Of a stretch of 64,000 bases of DNA, positions 1-11,900 are shown one piece after another. A program made the translations under genes and the position numbers. Source of the DNA: Dipteris shenzhenensis. Its lineage: Eukaryota. The DNA lies in the NCBI GenBank assembly GCA_047967505.1, contig CM106538.1; one strand, given 5' to 3'. The notes under the pieces are model-generated. The model worked only from the letters and a program-made list of their open reading frames with translations, did no database searches and was not told the origin of the DNA. Position 1 is the first letter of the stretch. Every line of letters begins with the position of its first letter.

Positions 1-190
1 GCATAGTATACACTCTTCCACCCCTCCCACATGCTATGAAAATGAACATATCCTATATTCTCTCCCCCTCTTTCTAACCTCCCCATCTTTCTTATAACAA
101 AAACATGTATGGATTTCTAAAAAAAGCTCACAAAAACAAAGGAAATGGTAAAAAAGCTCACATTAAAAAGCTCGCCAAAAGATTTCCCCC

Positions 191-805
191 GGAATTATGC
201 GACCTTCCACCAGGAAAGAAGCCCATAGCAAAAAAATGGGTATACAAAGTGAAGTACAATCCAGATGGCAGTATTCAGAGATTTAAAGCCAGATTAGTTG
301 CAAAAGGATTTGCACAACAATATGGTCAAGACTATGATGAGACTTATGCTCCAGTAGCAAAGATGGATTCCATACGGTTCTTGATATCGCGACACTCAAT
401 AAATGGAATGTGTATCAGCTCGATGTCAAGAATGCATTTCTCAATGGTTACCTAGATGAGGAAGTCTACATGCAATAGCCAGCAGGTTATGTTGAACCAG
501 GAAAGGAGAATAAGATTTGCCATCTCAAGAAAAGTCTCTATGGCTTAAAGCAAGCACCCAGAAGTTGGTACAACAGAATTGACAAGTATTTTGCTGATCT
601 GGGATACATGAAGTCTAATGCAGATCATACTCTCTACTACAAAGTTCAAGGAGAAGACATTACTATTGCACTTTTGTACGTAGATGATCTGATTGTGACA
701 GGAAGTAAGGATAGCTTCATCAGAAAATTAAAACAAGACTTATCTACAGAGTTTGACATGAAGGATCTTGGACTTATGCACTATTGTCTTGGAATTGAGT
801 TCTAG
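191..805 (+). pseudogene. Ty1/Copia reverse transcriptase fragment (duplicate of 14244-14861)
   Basis: Translates to [35 protein letters not shown], then (frameshifted) [20 protein letters not shown] and LLYVDDLIVTG. It ends abruptly at LGIEF*. A frameshift at ~390 is shared with the second copy. Confidence 0.93.
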
Positions 806-2154
806 AGAGATTCTTTGAGAATTAATTCATGATGGTGGTGGCTCTCATTAGCTACATTTGTTGTGGCTAAGATTCCACCCAGCTGGTAGTTAATTATCAG
901 CCACCAAAGTGCCACCACATGGCATCTTCTTCATGATTACTAGCCCCCTGTCTGGGGTGGCACCTAAGATTCCACCGTAGTGGCCTGCAATTAATATGGA
1001 TGGAACCCCAGCAAGCTCCAGCCACTACAGTGGCTCAAAATTTATAATATATATAAGATCTAAGGAATTGGGCATTTTACAATGTTGCTCTGATCCGCCC
1101 ATGCTCTACTACTTTGCTCCACACACTCTGCTACTTTGCTCCACACCCCTCCTCTAGATCTTTTCTACCCCTGCTCTACTTTGCTCCATGCTCCCTCCTC
1201 CAACTCTCATCACTCATCTGCTCCCCTTCTCACCCACTCATCTTCAACATGCTCAATACCACCCCCCCTCGATGCTCTGTGATCCCAATGTTATCTGCCT
1301 TCTCATATAAGGTGATTGTGTTGCACTCACCTGGAGTAGAAATGCTAGCACTAGTGGAGACCCTTCGTTCCCACAGTCGATTCCCCACACATCTACATGT
1401 CACCACCTTAGATGACATGCTCATAGAGGGCCTCTTTATGGATGTGCTATATGGGTTCCCCCTAGATGTCGACGAAGGCCTTAGTATTTTCAGAGCAGAG
1501 TACTCTAGACTTGTTGGGGGGGCCATAATCCGAGTCCTGGCAATGTGCATGGTCTTTGGCCTCTCCATCGTATCCTCCTTTGGCTTCCTAAAACAAGGTA
1601 AACTGGTGGAAAATTGAGTCGTACAAATTCCCCCTTGCTTAGATGAGGCTCTCAGCAATGGCTCGATGTAATCTTCTGGGTTCTCAACGATCTTTTGGCT
1701 CACTGGATGTAATGTTGTGGTCTCTAAGGCATTCATGTAATCTCTTTTTGTTCAATTTGAGGCTCTCAATATGCACAGTTGTTAACTTTTATATTTTGAA
1801 TGGTTATGGCTGCTACCTGTAATCTTTTGGCCTTTAAGGCTCTCAGCAATTGTCGAGTTTTTATAAATGTAAGATCCTCTGTTCAATTTTTACTCAGTAT
1901 AAGTTGATAATTTTTATATAACCTATTATTGGATGTAGAGGTACATTGTAATCTCTTTTTCTTAATTTTCACTCGAGAAATTGTACTTTTGCCCTCATTT
2001 ATATTTATTGCAACAAGGACTAATATACCAAGAAAGATGGACTACAATTTCCTTAGTTTATGACCACAATAGCACTAAAATAACTCCAACGATTCCACCG
2101 TTGTGGTTGCATGGAGATACATCTAGAAAAATACAATTAAACTTTCATAAATTG

Positions 2155-2308
2155 CAATTGAGGATATGGCCCTTGAGGGGTCCTCTCTAGGGGCAAGGGC
2201 CATATCGACATGCATTATACAATATCCAAGATGCCACTGGACAGAAATGGCATATCGATATGGCCCTTGCCCATAGAGGGGACCCCTCAAGGGCCATATC
2301 GTCAATTG
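2155..2308. repeat. 154-bp foldback: 54-bp inverted arms, each itself a hairpin (MITE-like)
   Basis: CAATTGAGGATATGGCCCTTGAGGGGTCCTCTCTAGGGGCAAGGGCCATATCGA (2155-2208) is a near-perfect reverse complement of 2255-2308. A second copy lies at 16228-16381. Confidence 0.9.
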
Positions 2309-4673
2309 GATTTTGCTTTGTTGCACAACAGAATACATTTTCCTTGGTACATATACATATAACTCAAAGGACTAGCGCAGTGGCTTTCATAGATCTCCTT
2401 TTGCTTGCCAGTGTGCTGGTCGTCATAGACTTCCTCCTGTAATACATAAAAATAGGTAATGGAGCTATAACTCTAAGAACCAGCACGGTGGTCTTTCCAA
2501 GACAACCTTAAATTCTGAGCGATGATAGGTCGTTAGAGGCCAGAGATTGCACTGAGGCAATGTTCAGAATGATAGATTGCATCTCATTATTTTGCCAAAA
2601 AACCAGCACGGTGATCTCTCCAGGCCAACCTATGATTTCCATGGTCTGCGGGCAAAGATGCGACAAAAGGTTGCATGATGACAGGTGGTCAGGCCAAAGA
2701 CTTTGTGGTGCAGCGTTTTCAGAATGATAGATTGCATCTAATTATTATGCCAAGAACTAGCACGATGAACTCTCTAAGACAACCTTCAATTATAATGATT
2801 TGCATGGGTGTGGTGCCTAGTGACAGGTGGCAAAGCTACAGCAAAAGGTTGTGCGATGATAAGTGATTAGTCGACATAGGCTAGAGATTGCGCTGCACGC
2901 AGTAGTGCAGAGATGCCATGTGTCGAGCTATGCGGTGTTCAGAATAAATACATTGTGTCTCAGTATTACGGTAGTGCGCCTTCATGACGTTGAAAAAATT
3001 TTCGAGGAGAGCACGGGTCCACACAAAATTCAAATATTCACCCAGGAGCGCATTGCGTCACAGCCCCAAAATGGCCCTGAAAATACTTCCACAATTGACT
3101 ACACCCAAGCAAACGTTAACCCTATTGCATTCACTTCTTGCACTCTTTACGAATCTATTTATTCCAGCATCAATCCTACATTAAAGGAAAGAAATTAGCA
3201 CATTGAGCTTGTGAGCTCAAAAGCAGCTTGTTACATCCACAAGAAGAAGTAATTGTCAGATCCATGAGTAAAGTCTCTTGATACACACTAGGTAAGCCTT
3301 TGAGATAGAGCCACAAACATTCTCCAGCATGGACCAATTCTATTTCTCATTCTTATTTAAGTGGTGATATTCCATTCATGATCCCAAATGAAATCCACGA
3401 ATCGGAAGAACAAAACTGGCAAAAAATTGTATTGTTCGCTATACAAGCATTGACTTAGTTTGAATTGCCATAATCATGTTGCAATAGCTCCCTTGGCTAG
3501 CAATCACGAATTCCTCTTGATTTTGGCATGAATTGAATTCTTACAAAATACACAATGAGATCAGATTATGTGCCATGGGAGATATTTGATTTATGTTTCA
3601 AATATAGATTTACAATAACTACAAAATTTAAGCATTGAACTCATTCAAAATAACAAATCCTCATGTTAAAACCCAATGCATTACTTCTTTTTTCCTACTC
3701 CATGAGGGCAATACCAATAATTTACTTCTTTTCAAAACTGCTAAAGGGAAGCTAGTTAAAAGATATTGGGAGACATGTCTATAGCAACAGAGATGTTTTT
3801 CACTAATTTGGCTAAGGAAAATGCATAAAGTTCCTTGATGGGATAGAGCTTGTGGAAAGGGAAAGCGAGTTAGATCCCCCTTTCTTGACTAATTCCACCA
3901 TAGAATGGTGTTTTTTCAAACTTTTTATAATGGGAGCCATTTTCCATTGATTTGGCCAACCAAGTGCGTAAACATCCTCAAGTCCATCAGAGTATCCTCA
4001 AGTGGGTATTCATCATCAAGTCCATTACCAAATGAGCATTAGATCAGTCTTGCTTGATTGATTCCACCATAAACTCTATGATTCATACTTTCTATACTAT
4101 GTTGGGATCCAGTTCTCATTTCTTTGCTTAGGTAGAAATGGACTCAAGTTAGGCAAGATGTATGCAAGTTTCTAATACTTGATTAGATGAACTTTTAACT
4201 AGAACATGGGAGAATTGGATCTCCATTGCTTTCCCATTCCTTCTTCTTACACTTTCTATATGAATGGAGCCATTTTTGCCTAATTTGGCTAAGGTGAGTG
4301 TCTAAAGGGACTCAAGTTAGGAAATGAGTGAAAATTTCACTAAAAAATGGTATTGATATTGTACACAGCCACTTGAGCATTTGATTGGATTTGTTTGACT
4401 ACTTCTATAACAAAAAGTCAATTTTCACACTTTTTATACCAAGGGAGTCATTTTTTAAACTTTGATTGGATTTGTTTTCCTACTTCTACAACAAATAACA
4501 CCTTAATTGGATTTGTTTGACTATTTCTACAACAAGTGAGTACAAGAATTTGTGAGCACTACCTTCAAATTGGTTCTGTCAAAGGAAAACAATTGTAAAG
4601 ATTATCGAATCATTAATTTGTAGCACCAATGATGGAAGCCCATGCATAGGAAAGTCCAAATGATGTGCAAACT

Positions 4674-4675
4674 AT

Positions 4676-4759
<84 letters not shown>
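4674..4759. repeat. (TG)n-(GA)n compound microsatellite
   Basis: Directly visible. Confidence 0.98.
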
Positions 4760-7498
4760 TTAAACCAAAATGGAAGGGGGACACTTGGCAAGAAAGTGTG
4801 TGGGACACTTTTTAACAAAAGTGTAACTATAGCATTGCCTTGAAGGCAGTGCTAATAAACAACCAATTTTCACACTTTTTATACCAAGTGATTCATTCTT
4901 CATTGATTTGGCCAACTAGATGGTAAATGGCCTTGAACAAGGAAATGAGTGGCAAGACATCATAACTGATGCTGAGCCATATTTCATTGATTTGGAAAAA
5001 CCAAGTCTGTTGAGGGACTAGACAATGAAATAAGTTTTTAAGGTCCTCCTTCTTGATGGGTTTGATATTGTAGAAAGGCAACATGATCATTATATTCCCC
5101 TTCTCCATCATTGATTTAATTTTTTCACCATAAATTACATTTTTCCACACTTTCTATAGCACATGACCCATTTCATGGAACATTACCCCATGCTATCAAA
5201 AGAAAGTATGTCTGATTACGTATGACTGAATGTTTATTAAGCAATGGGTTTATGATTTGTTCAAATTTCACATGTTGAGTTAAAGAGTTGCTAACAAGGG
5301 TTATATTCATGTGCACTTCTAGTCATACACTTGTAGCCCTAGTTATAACATAAGGTATTAGAGCACAAAGGATATTGTGCCTATGTTTGTATTCTAACTC
5401 TTCTATTGAGTTGCAGACAATGCTGGGAGATAGGTGGTCGAGATGGCATGAGAAGAAGCAAACTTTTTTTCTTCTCCCACATTGTGGGAAGGGGTTGGCA
5501 TCAATGGGGTTAGAGGATTTGTATTTTGGGTCTTCTAGAAGAAGTTTATTCTCTTCCTACTTTCCCCTCGCTCTCCTATTTGCCCATTTGATTTATGGGT
5601 AGCCTTTTCAAGGGAAACTTGAGTAAGAAGACCCTTCGATCCTTTGATTCTGACTTTGACCTGGATTGACATAGATGATTTTTCCTCAACTTCAACCATT
5701 GTGTATTGCATATGGCCATAGAGCCTTACTTTGATCAAATTGTCATGTCTAGTGAAGACCCCCACATCTTTTGTGGCTTTGTACATTGCATCAAGCCACA
5801 AGCCTCAAGTCGCCTCAAGTAGCATAACTACTTCTTGCTCCATAACATTCCTGCCTATAGTTCTAGGCTGTTTTGCCCTTTTCAAGTCATAAGCCTTGAT
5901 GATTAGAAGGTTATCTCTATTTTCTATAGCTTTGTCTTTCCCTTGTCGTGAATAACATGCATCATAGCTTGTTCATTCCACAAAGCCATGTGCAAATACA
6001 TTTGCTAAAGACACAATTCTAAGATCTACTCCTTAGTGAGTGAATCTATTTTATTTTTTCCCATTCGAGATGGATTACTCCATGTCCTTAAATGCTGGAT
6101 CAGAATGGTTTTAAATGCATAAGTTCCATCAAGGCTGCACTTTTTATAAGCTCATGTAGTTTTGGCAAAAGTAATGACATCCATCCTTAAAGCATGAGTG
6201 CAATGTCTCCATAGAAAGGAAAAATGGAGCAAAGAAACAACAAAGTCTTCATCAGAAGACCAAAATTCATAAGCCTTAGATAACATGGAGCATATATGAT
6301 CACACAATTCCATTTGATTTGATTTTGGATAGGTCATTTGAACCTACTCAAGAATAGCATCAATTTTGATTCAAATTACTACTTAAATTGGGACATGAGC
6401 TCATCTACAATAGTGAGTTGAACCTGAAACATGTTGTGGAGGTAGCTCTATTGGGTCATTGTTTCCTTGGGTGTAACCTTTTTTGGTGAGGTTCATGGAC
6501 TTTTCTGTATATAGGTATCTTGCATGACCCATAACTTATGCTTTGCTCAACGGAATTCAGCAAACTTTGTCTTCAAGTTATAATACACATTCCAAACTTG
6601 AACATGAAAGCAAAAAATTATGTAATAAGGATTTGGAACAAGACCGTAAAAGAATTACAAGTGCTATGTTTCATGTGAAGCATGCATCTTGAAGACTATA
6701 GGATATAACAATTTATTCAAAAACATCAAAATTTTATTCTATAGATACATGCAACCAAGTAATCATTCAAAAGTACACTACGTGAGCTTCTCCTCAACCC
6801 AAGGATGCACCTAAATAAGATCATTATGGATGGGTTAATGGGGCCTCCAATGTTGTGCTAAAGTGATGCATACCCATTTGAGGGCATGCTCCATAACTTT
6901 TTTTTTATTTGTTGAAAACCAAAACGGATTGAAAACTTGGAATCCAAACTATTGGGACAAGTGCATGGTGGTCTTAAAACATTGATAGTTGATGGTATTG
7001 GTATCTAGATTCACCCTAAAATGGAAGAAGTTGGAAAGTGCAATTTGTGCATGTGCAAATATATTTTAATAAATCCAACACTATTTAAAATTTTGAATTG
7101 TTTCTTTTTCCATGCACTTACTTGCTATATGGCTCATAAGCATGCCAAAGGTCATTGCATTTAATAATACACAACATCAAACCCGATGGTGTGCCCTTTG
7201 GCCTATTTGTGTTTTGAAGCATTTTAGGGCACATTGCACTTGTTTGGGATATCCAAGTCTGCTGACCTGTATCACCGGAGGGGGAAAAACCAACGGCTTA
7301 AATTTTGCTACCCCTATGAATTTCGAATTTTCACACCTCCCACCCATCAAATCTTGGAAGATTAAGTACCTACAACCTGCCCCTGCCCTGCAAATGCCCT
7401 ACAACCCACACGCACCTCAACATGACCTTGCATAGACTTTGGTTTGCCATTGTCTTCTTTCGGGTAAGTTGTCTTCTAATCTTTGATTGCCTTACCAG

Positions 7499-8657
7499 AT
7501 AGCTTCTCCAAGTGTAATCAAGAATGTGGATCTTACCTTTACTAAAAGGCCAAAAGTGATTTGTCAATGCAGAGTACAATATAGTTCAGAGCGCAAGAAA
7601 AGGAGAGGCAGCCTAAGTGCAGAAGTCATTGCTATAGTGATGACGTTTTGGCATGAAAATACGAGAGTTTCTCCAAATAGAAAGGACATCTATAAGAAGC
7701 AGACGGGATGCAAGGTGTTTGAGGAGCACATCATACACATGCTAAATATAATGCAAGTTACTGGTGCCCAAACTAGCCTGGTGGTTGTTTGTGATTGAGC
7801 TTTGGCATAGTTTACTTGTTTCATTTCTTAAACTAGGCTTGGACTAAATGTGATTGTCCTAAACCAGCCTAGTGGTTGGAACATCATGCAACCGTAGGCT
7901 GGTTCAGCTCAATTGCTAGCTATGTGATTGTCCTGAACCAGCGCATGTGGTTGAACATACATTAGTTGTTATTCAGCCCGGTGGCATGGTCGAGCAAAAA
8001 TTAATAGCAATATATTTCATAATATATTATTATTTTACTAAACCAACCCGATGATTGGAACATCATGCAACCGTGGCTGCTTTGGCTCAATCACTAGTTA
8101 TGTGATTGTCCTGAATGAGCATGGTTGAACAAACATTACTTATTGACCAGCTCTGTGGTTGAAATTATTGTATTTCTTAGTACCTAAATTCATTAAATTT
8201 AATTTCCTACTATTCGGGTCATATACCACTGCTAAATTGTGAAATCCAGAAATGAAAAGTAATATATTGTTATTTTCTAATGGTGAAATTCAAAAATGAA
8301 AAGCAATATACTTGTTATTGTCTAATATGTGAAGTTGAGTCTGCCAGGCTAAACCATCCCAGTGGTTGAAACTATGATAGTGTCCTAAACCATCCCGGTG
8401 GTTGAAATTGTGAGTGACTGCTGTCCTAAACGAGTCCTAAACTAGACCGGTGATTAAAATTGTGACTCTCATAAACCAGCACGGTGGTTGAAATTTGTTT
8501 TGCTTCATTATATACTTTAATTAGATTGTGTTTTGTATTCTTTTAGTAGTAGCAAAAAGGGGGCTTATTGTTCTGTTGTTCCTGCATGTTCGATCAATAG
8601 ACTGAATTGTATCTCAAGTTTATGGATCAGAATCCGAACATTTCAATTGGGCAGAGG
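7499..8657 (+). mobile_element. Spliced Sola2-like DNA transposase fragment (exons ~7499-7756 and 8601-8657), interrupted by a Copia insertion
   Basis: FWHENTRVSPNRKD..HMLNIMQ, then a GT..AG intron (7757-8600), then TELYLKFMDQNPNISIGQR. This resembles the Sola2 N-terminal pattern (SR.xP.KKD ... ELY..F...NP...IG) as recalled. Confidence 0.55.
7760..8495. repeat. Degenerate minisatellite (core GTCCTAAACCAGC..GTGGTTGAA) within the putative transposase intron
   Basis: Multiple imperfect copies, e.g. at ~7856, 7929, 8108, 8381, 8423 and 8472. Confidence 0.8.
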
Positions 8658-8914
8658 TGTTGAGAGTTCACGCTCAACATCATGTGATCATGTGTGCATA
8701 GCACCATCACGTGATCATATGTGCATAGCACTAACCTTATAGAGTGCTATGCAGGAAAGGGTTAGATCCCCTAACCCTAACCCTAAAAGGGTTTGTATAT
8801 ATTCTATTGTTTGAACTAAATCTAGTGTACACTTAGTCATTTGTGGTGTGCTCTCTAGCTGTTCCCTCTCTCCTCATCTCCACTCTTCTCCTCTTCCCTC
8901 TTCATATTTTTTCA
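8658..8914 (+). repeat. 5' LTR (257 bp) containing telomere-like CCCTAA repeats and TATATA
   Basis: TG...CA termini immediately followed by a tRNA-iMet PBS; CCCTAACCCTAACCCTAAA at ~8769-8787. Confidence 0.85.
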
Positions 8915-8926
8915 TGGTATTAGAGC
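8915..8926 (+). promoter_or_regulatory. Primer-binding site (tRNA-iMet type)
   Basis: TGGTATTAGAGC, one mismatch from canonical TGGTATCAGAGC, directly after the LTR CA. Confidence 0.85.
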
Positions 8927-11900
8927 TCCCTTGCCTTCCGTTGAGGCATTGCCATTCTCGAGAGAGTGAGAGAGATTGTGAGATTGAGCATTCTTTCACT
9001 TCCATTGAGAGATAGAGAAATTTCCGTCCATTTAAGAGGAGTTTCCGTCCATAAGAGATTGAGAGATTTCCGTTAATCTCATTCCATTCTATTCATTCCT
9101 TCTTTAAGAGTTTCTATTCATTGGAGAGAGAAAGAGGGAGCGAGATTTCAGTTGAGAGAGATTCACTCTGAGAGATTGTGTGAAAGAGAGAGAGGTTTTG
9201 AGATATCTATGAGAAAGAGTTCTTAGACTCCCTCAATGACTGCATACCTGAGGTGCATCAGCCCCTGCGTGCTCGCCAAGTCTCCAAGGCTCTGACCTTG
9301 ACTACATGCCTACAACAAATAAGGTTCTCTATGCATAGCCTTCTCAGCGAGGGCTCATCCACGATGGCCTGCTTCTCCAAGCTTTGACCCGCTGGGCTCA
9401 TGGGCTCACGGGCAATGCTTCAAAATTGCCCATGCAAGCCACCTCTCCAAAGCTTCTACAAAGCTTCCAACAAACAGGCCTCCTTCCAACAAATGGCTCC
9501 TATAGCAGAAGCCTCGAATGTCTCCAATCGGTAGTGCAGCTCTACATCGGCTCTCATTGACTCAACAACCTTCTACGCGGCCTCCTCTAGGCAACGCCAA
9601 GCTTCTAGCTCAGCAACTTTGTAAGCCGCGCAGTGCCCAGCTCCATATAGCCTGTATTCCTTATATCCCCTATTACTCACTACGTCACCAGCCGTCTTGT
9701 TGGTAACAATGAACGCAAAGATGGTGAAGACGAAGAGCAAGATGATGAGCGGCATGAGTCGCAATTGAAGAAGAGCTCCATGGAATTGGTCTTGTAAGTT
9801 GTGCAATCTCCTACAAGCTCAGCCAACTCGACATACTTTGCCGCGGGATTCCCTTGAGCCCTGCATCGTCAACAGCCACGCTTTGGCCCAAAGTAAGGGC
9901 CCGCTCCTGGCAATGCCTCTCCTGATGACCCTTCCCGATAGCTTGTGGGATCCCATACCCTCTGATGCCATCGATACCCTGTGCCAATCGACCTCTCAGC
10001 TCTGCAACGACTAAGCGAAACTGCATCTCCAAGACGCCATCTCCATCATTCAGTCCATCGCCTCCGTCGACCAAGATACCTGCATCTCTTCTCTGAGAGA
10101 GAAACTGCCATGTGGCAAATAAGGTCACGTGGCACTCTTCAATCCCATCACCCACCTTAGGTCAAGGTAACCCGGCGTAGAGTAACCCTGGTCAAAAATG
10201 GATAAGGATGGTTAAGTGAACCCCCAGTCAAGTTAACCCAAGGCTGGGCTACTCAGAGAAGGGTGGTCAAAAATCAGCCACATGGCACTTATCCACTTGC
10301 CATGTCATCCAACTGACATGTGGCAACCGATTGCCACATCATCAACCTTATCGTGCCACATCATCAAGGCAATCCTTATCTACCACGTCACCCCTGCCAG
10401 CTCAGCAGGCCACGTCACCTGTGCCACGTCAGCACAAACACATCATCATCGACTGCCACATCATCATCGATGTCCACGTCACCTATGCCACATCAGTAGT
10501 CCATGTCATCACTACCACATTAGCATTGCCATGTCATCTGTTGACATCATAGTCTGTGCCACCTCAGTAGTGACACCTAAGTAGTCCAATCAACACTGAC
10601 CTCTGCAAGCACTCACAGTGCTCCACAGTCACTTCATGTGACCACTTCTGCCACCTCAGCACAGGCTCCACTGGCTAGGCATAGTGCCACATCATCACTG
10701 CATGTGACTCATAGTGACACATCATCATTGAGCACCATTTGCACTCCTTTTGCCCCTCCACCTAGATCAAGTCATATATCTTGATCCAGGAAGAATTTGA
10801 GGGTACTCCAAAAAGGAAAGTCGCTCGTTTTTTTGTGCTCCACATGCTCATCACATCATCCGCACATTTTGGCACAAGTTACACTCACACTTGATCCTCT
10901 CCGACAAAACCACTTCATGCACATTTGCCTCTATATCGACGCATCTGACCCAGCGCTTAAAAAGAACAAAAGAAAAGGAATTATTCGATGTTCTTTCATC
11001 GATCGACGATTGGTTTAGATCTAGATCAAAGTAGACTAGATCGCCATAGAAGGGATGCTTTGAATTTCCCCAAGTTGCCAATCTAAGCCATGCCCAAAAT
11101 TCCCGACTAGTACCTACTCGAAGTCAGTCCATATGCTCACATACAGATTCACATCATTACATTACCTGAAACCTTACATTCATCAGTTCAGTGAGCAGAC
11201 TTCATCGAGTACAGAGGCATTGCAGATTGTTTCAGTGGGCAGATAGCATTTGATTTCACACACACATGCCAACATTGTAAAGCCTATTCGGCTATCTCAC
11301 GGCATCGTGCACATCATTTCAGCCTTGTAAAGCCTCTTGGCTATTCCTGGCATCATTGCCACAAGCCTTGTAATACAGATCAAATTTTATATATTGTAGT
11401 TCTATCTTCACCAATGGTTCAAAGATTTCACTTGGCATATTGAGTGTATTTGCAGTTGATTCATACAAAGATCTTCACGACACTTTTGAGTACATTTCTT
11501 GCACCACGTCGACTAGCAACCTCAATCTAGAGGCATCTGCTAAGTTAGACAACTCCCATTACGGTACATGGAAATACTGAATGGAGACCATTCTTGTACT
11601 TCAGGACAAATGGGAGTATGTCAATGGGTCTACACCTAGACCATTGGCCAATCCACCTACTAGTAGCTCTACTCCATCTCTTGTCACAGCACCAGCAACA
11701 GGATCTACATCTACACAAACAGTTTCCGCACCAGTAGCAGATCCTGCCATTGCCCGAGTTCAGGCAGAATGGGATAAGTAAGACAAGTATGCCTATCACC
11801 TGATCAAGCAGAATGTGCAAGATGTAATGCTAGGACAACTCAACACAGTCAAGACATCAAAAGAAGCATGGGATATGGTCACAGCTCTCTACGAGTCCAA

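Larger units (their letters stand above)
191..3767 (+). repeat. Copy 1 of a ~3.6-kb direct segmental duplication
   Basis: Colinear with 14244-17816 (offset ~14.05 kb). For example, 241-300 and its partner differ at 3 of 60 nt. Similarity ends at ..GTTAAAAGATATT in both copies. Confidence 0.95.

Noticed and set aside
7760-8495. CRISPR-like repeat-spacer appearance (also at 52495-52950)
   Set aside because: Repeats are degenerate with irregular, mutually similar spacers. The context is eukaryotic and there are no cas genes.
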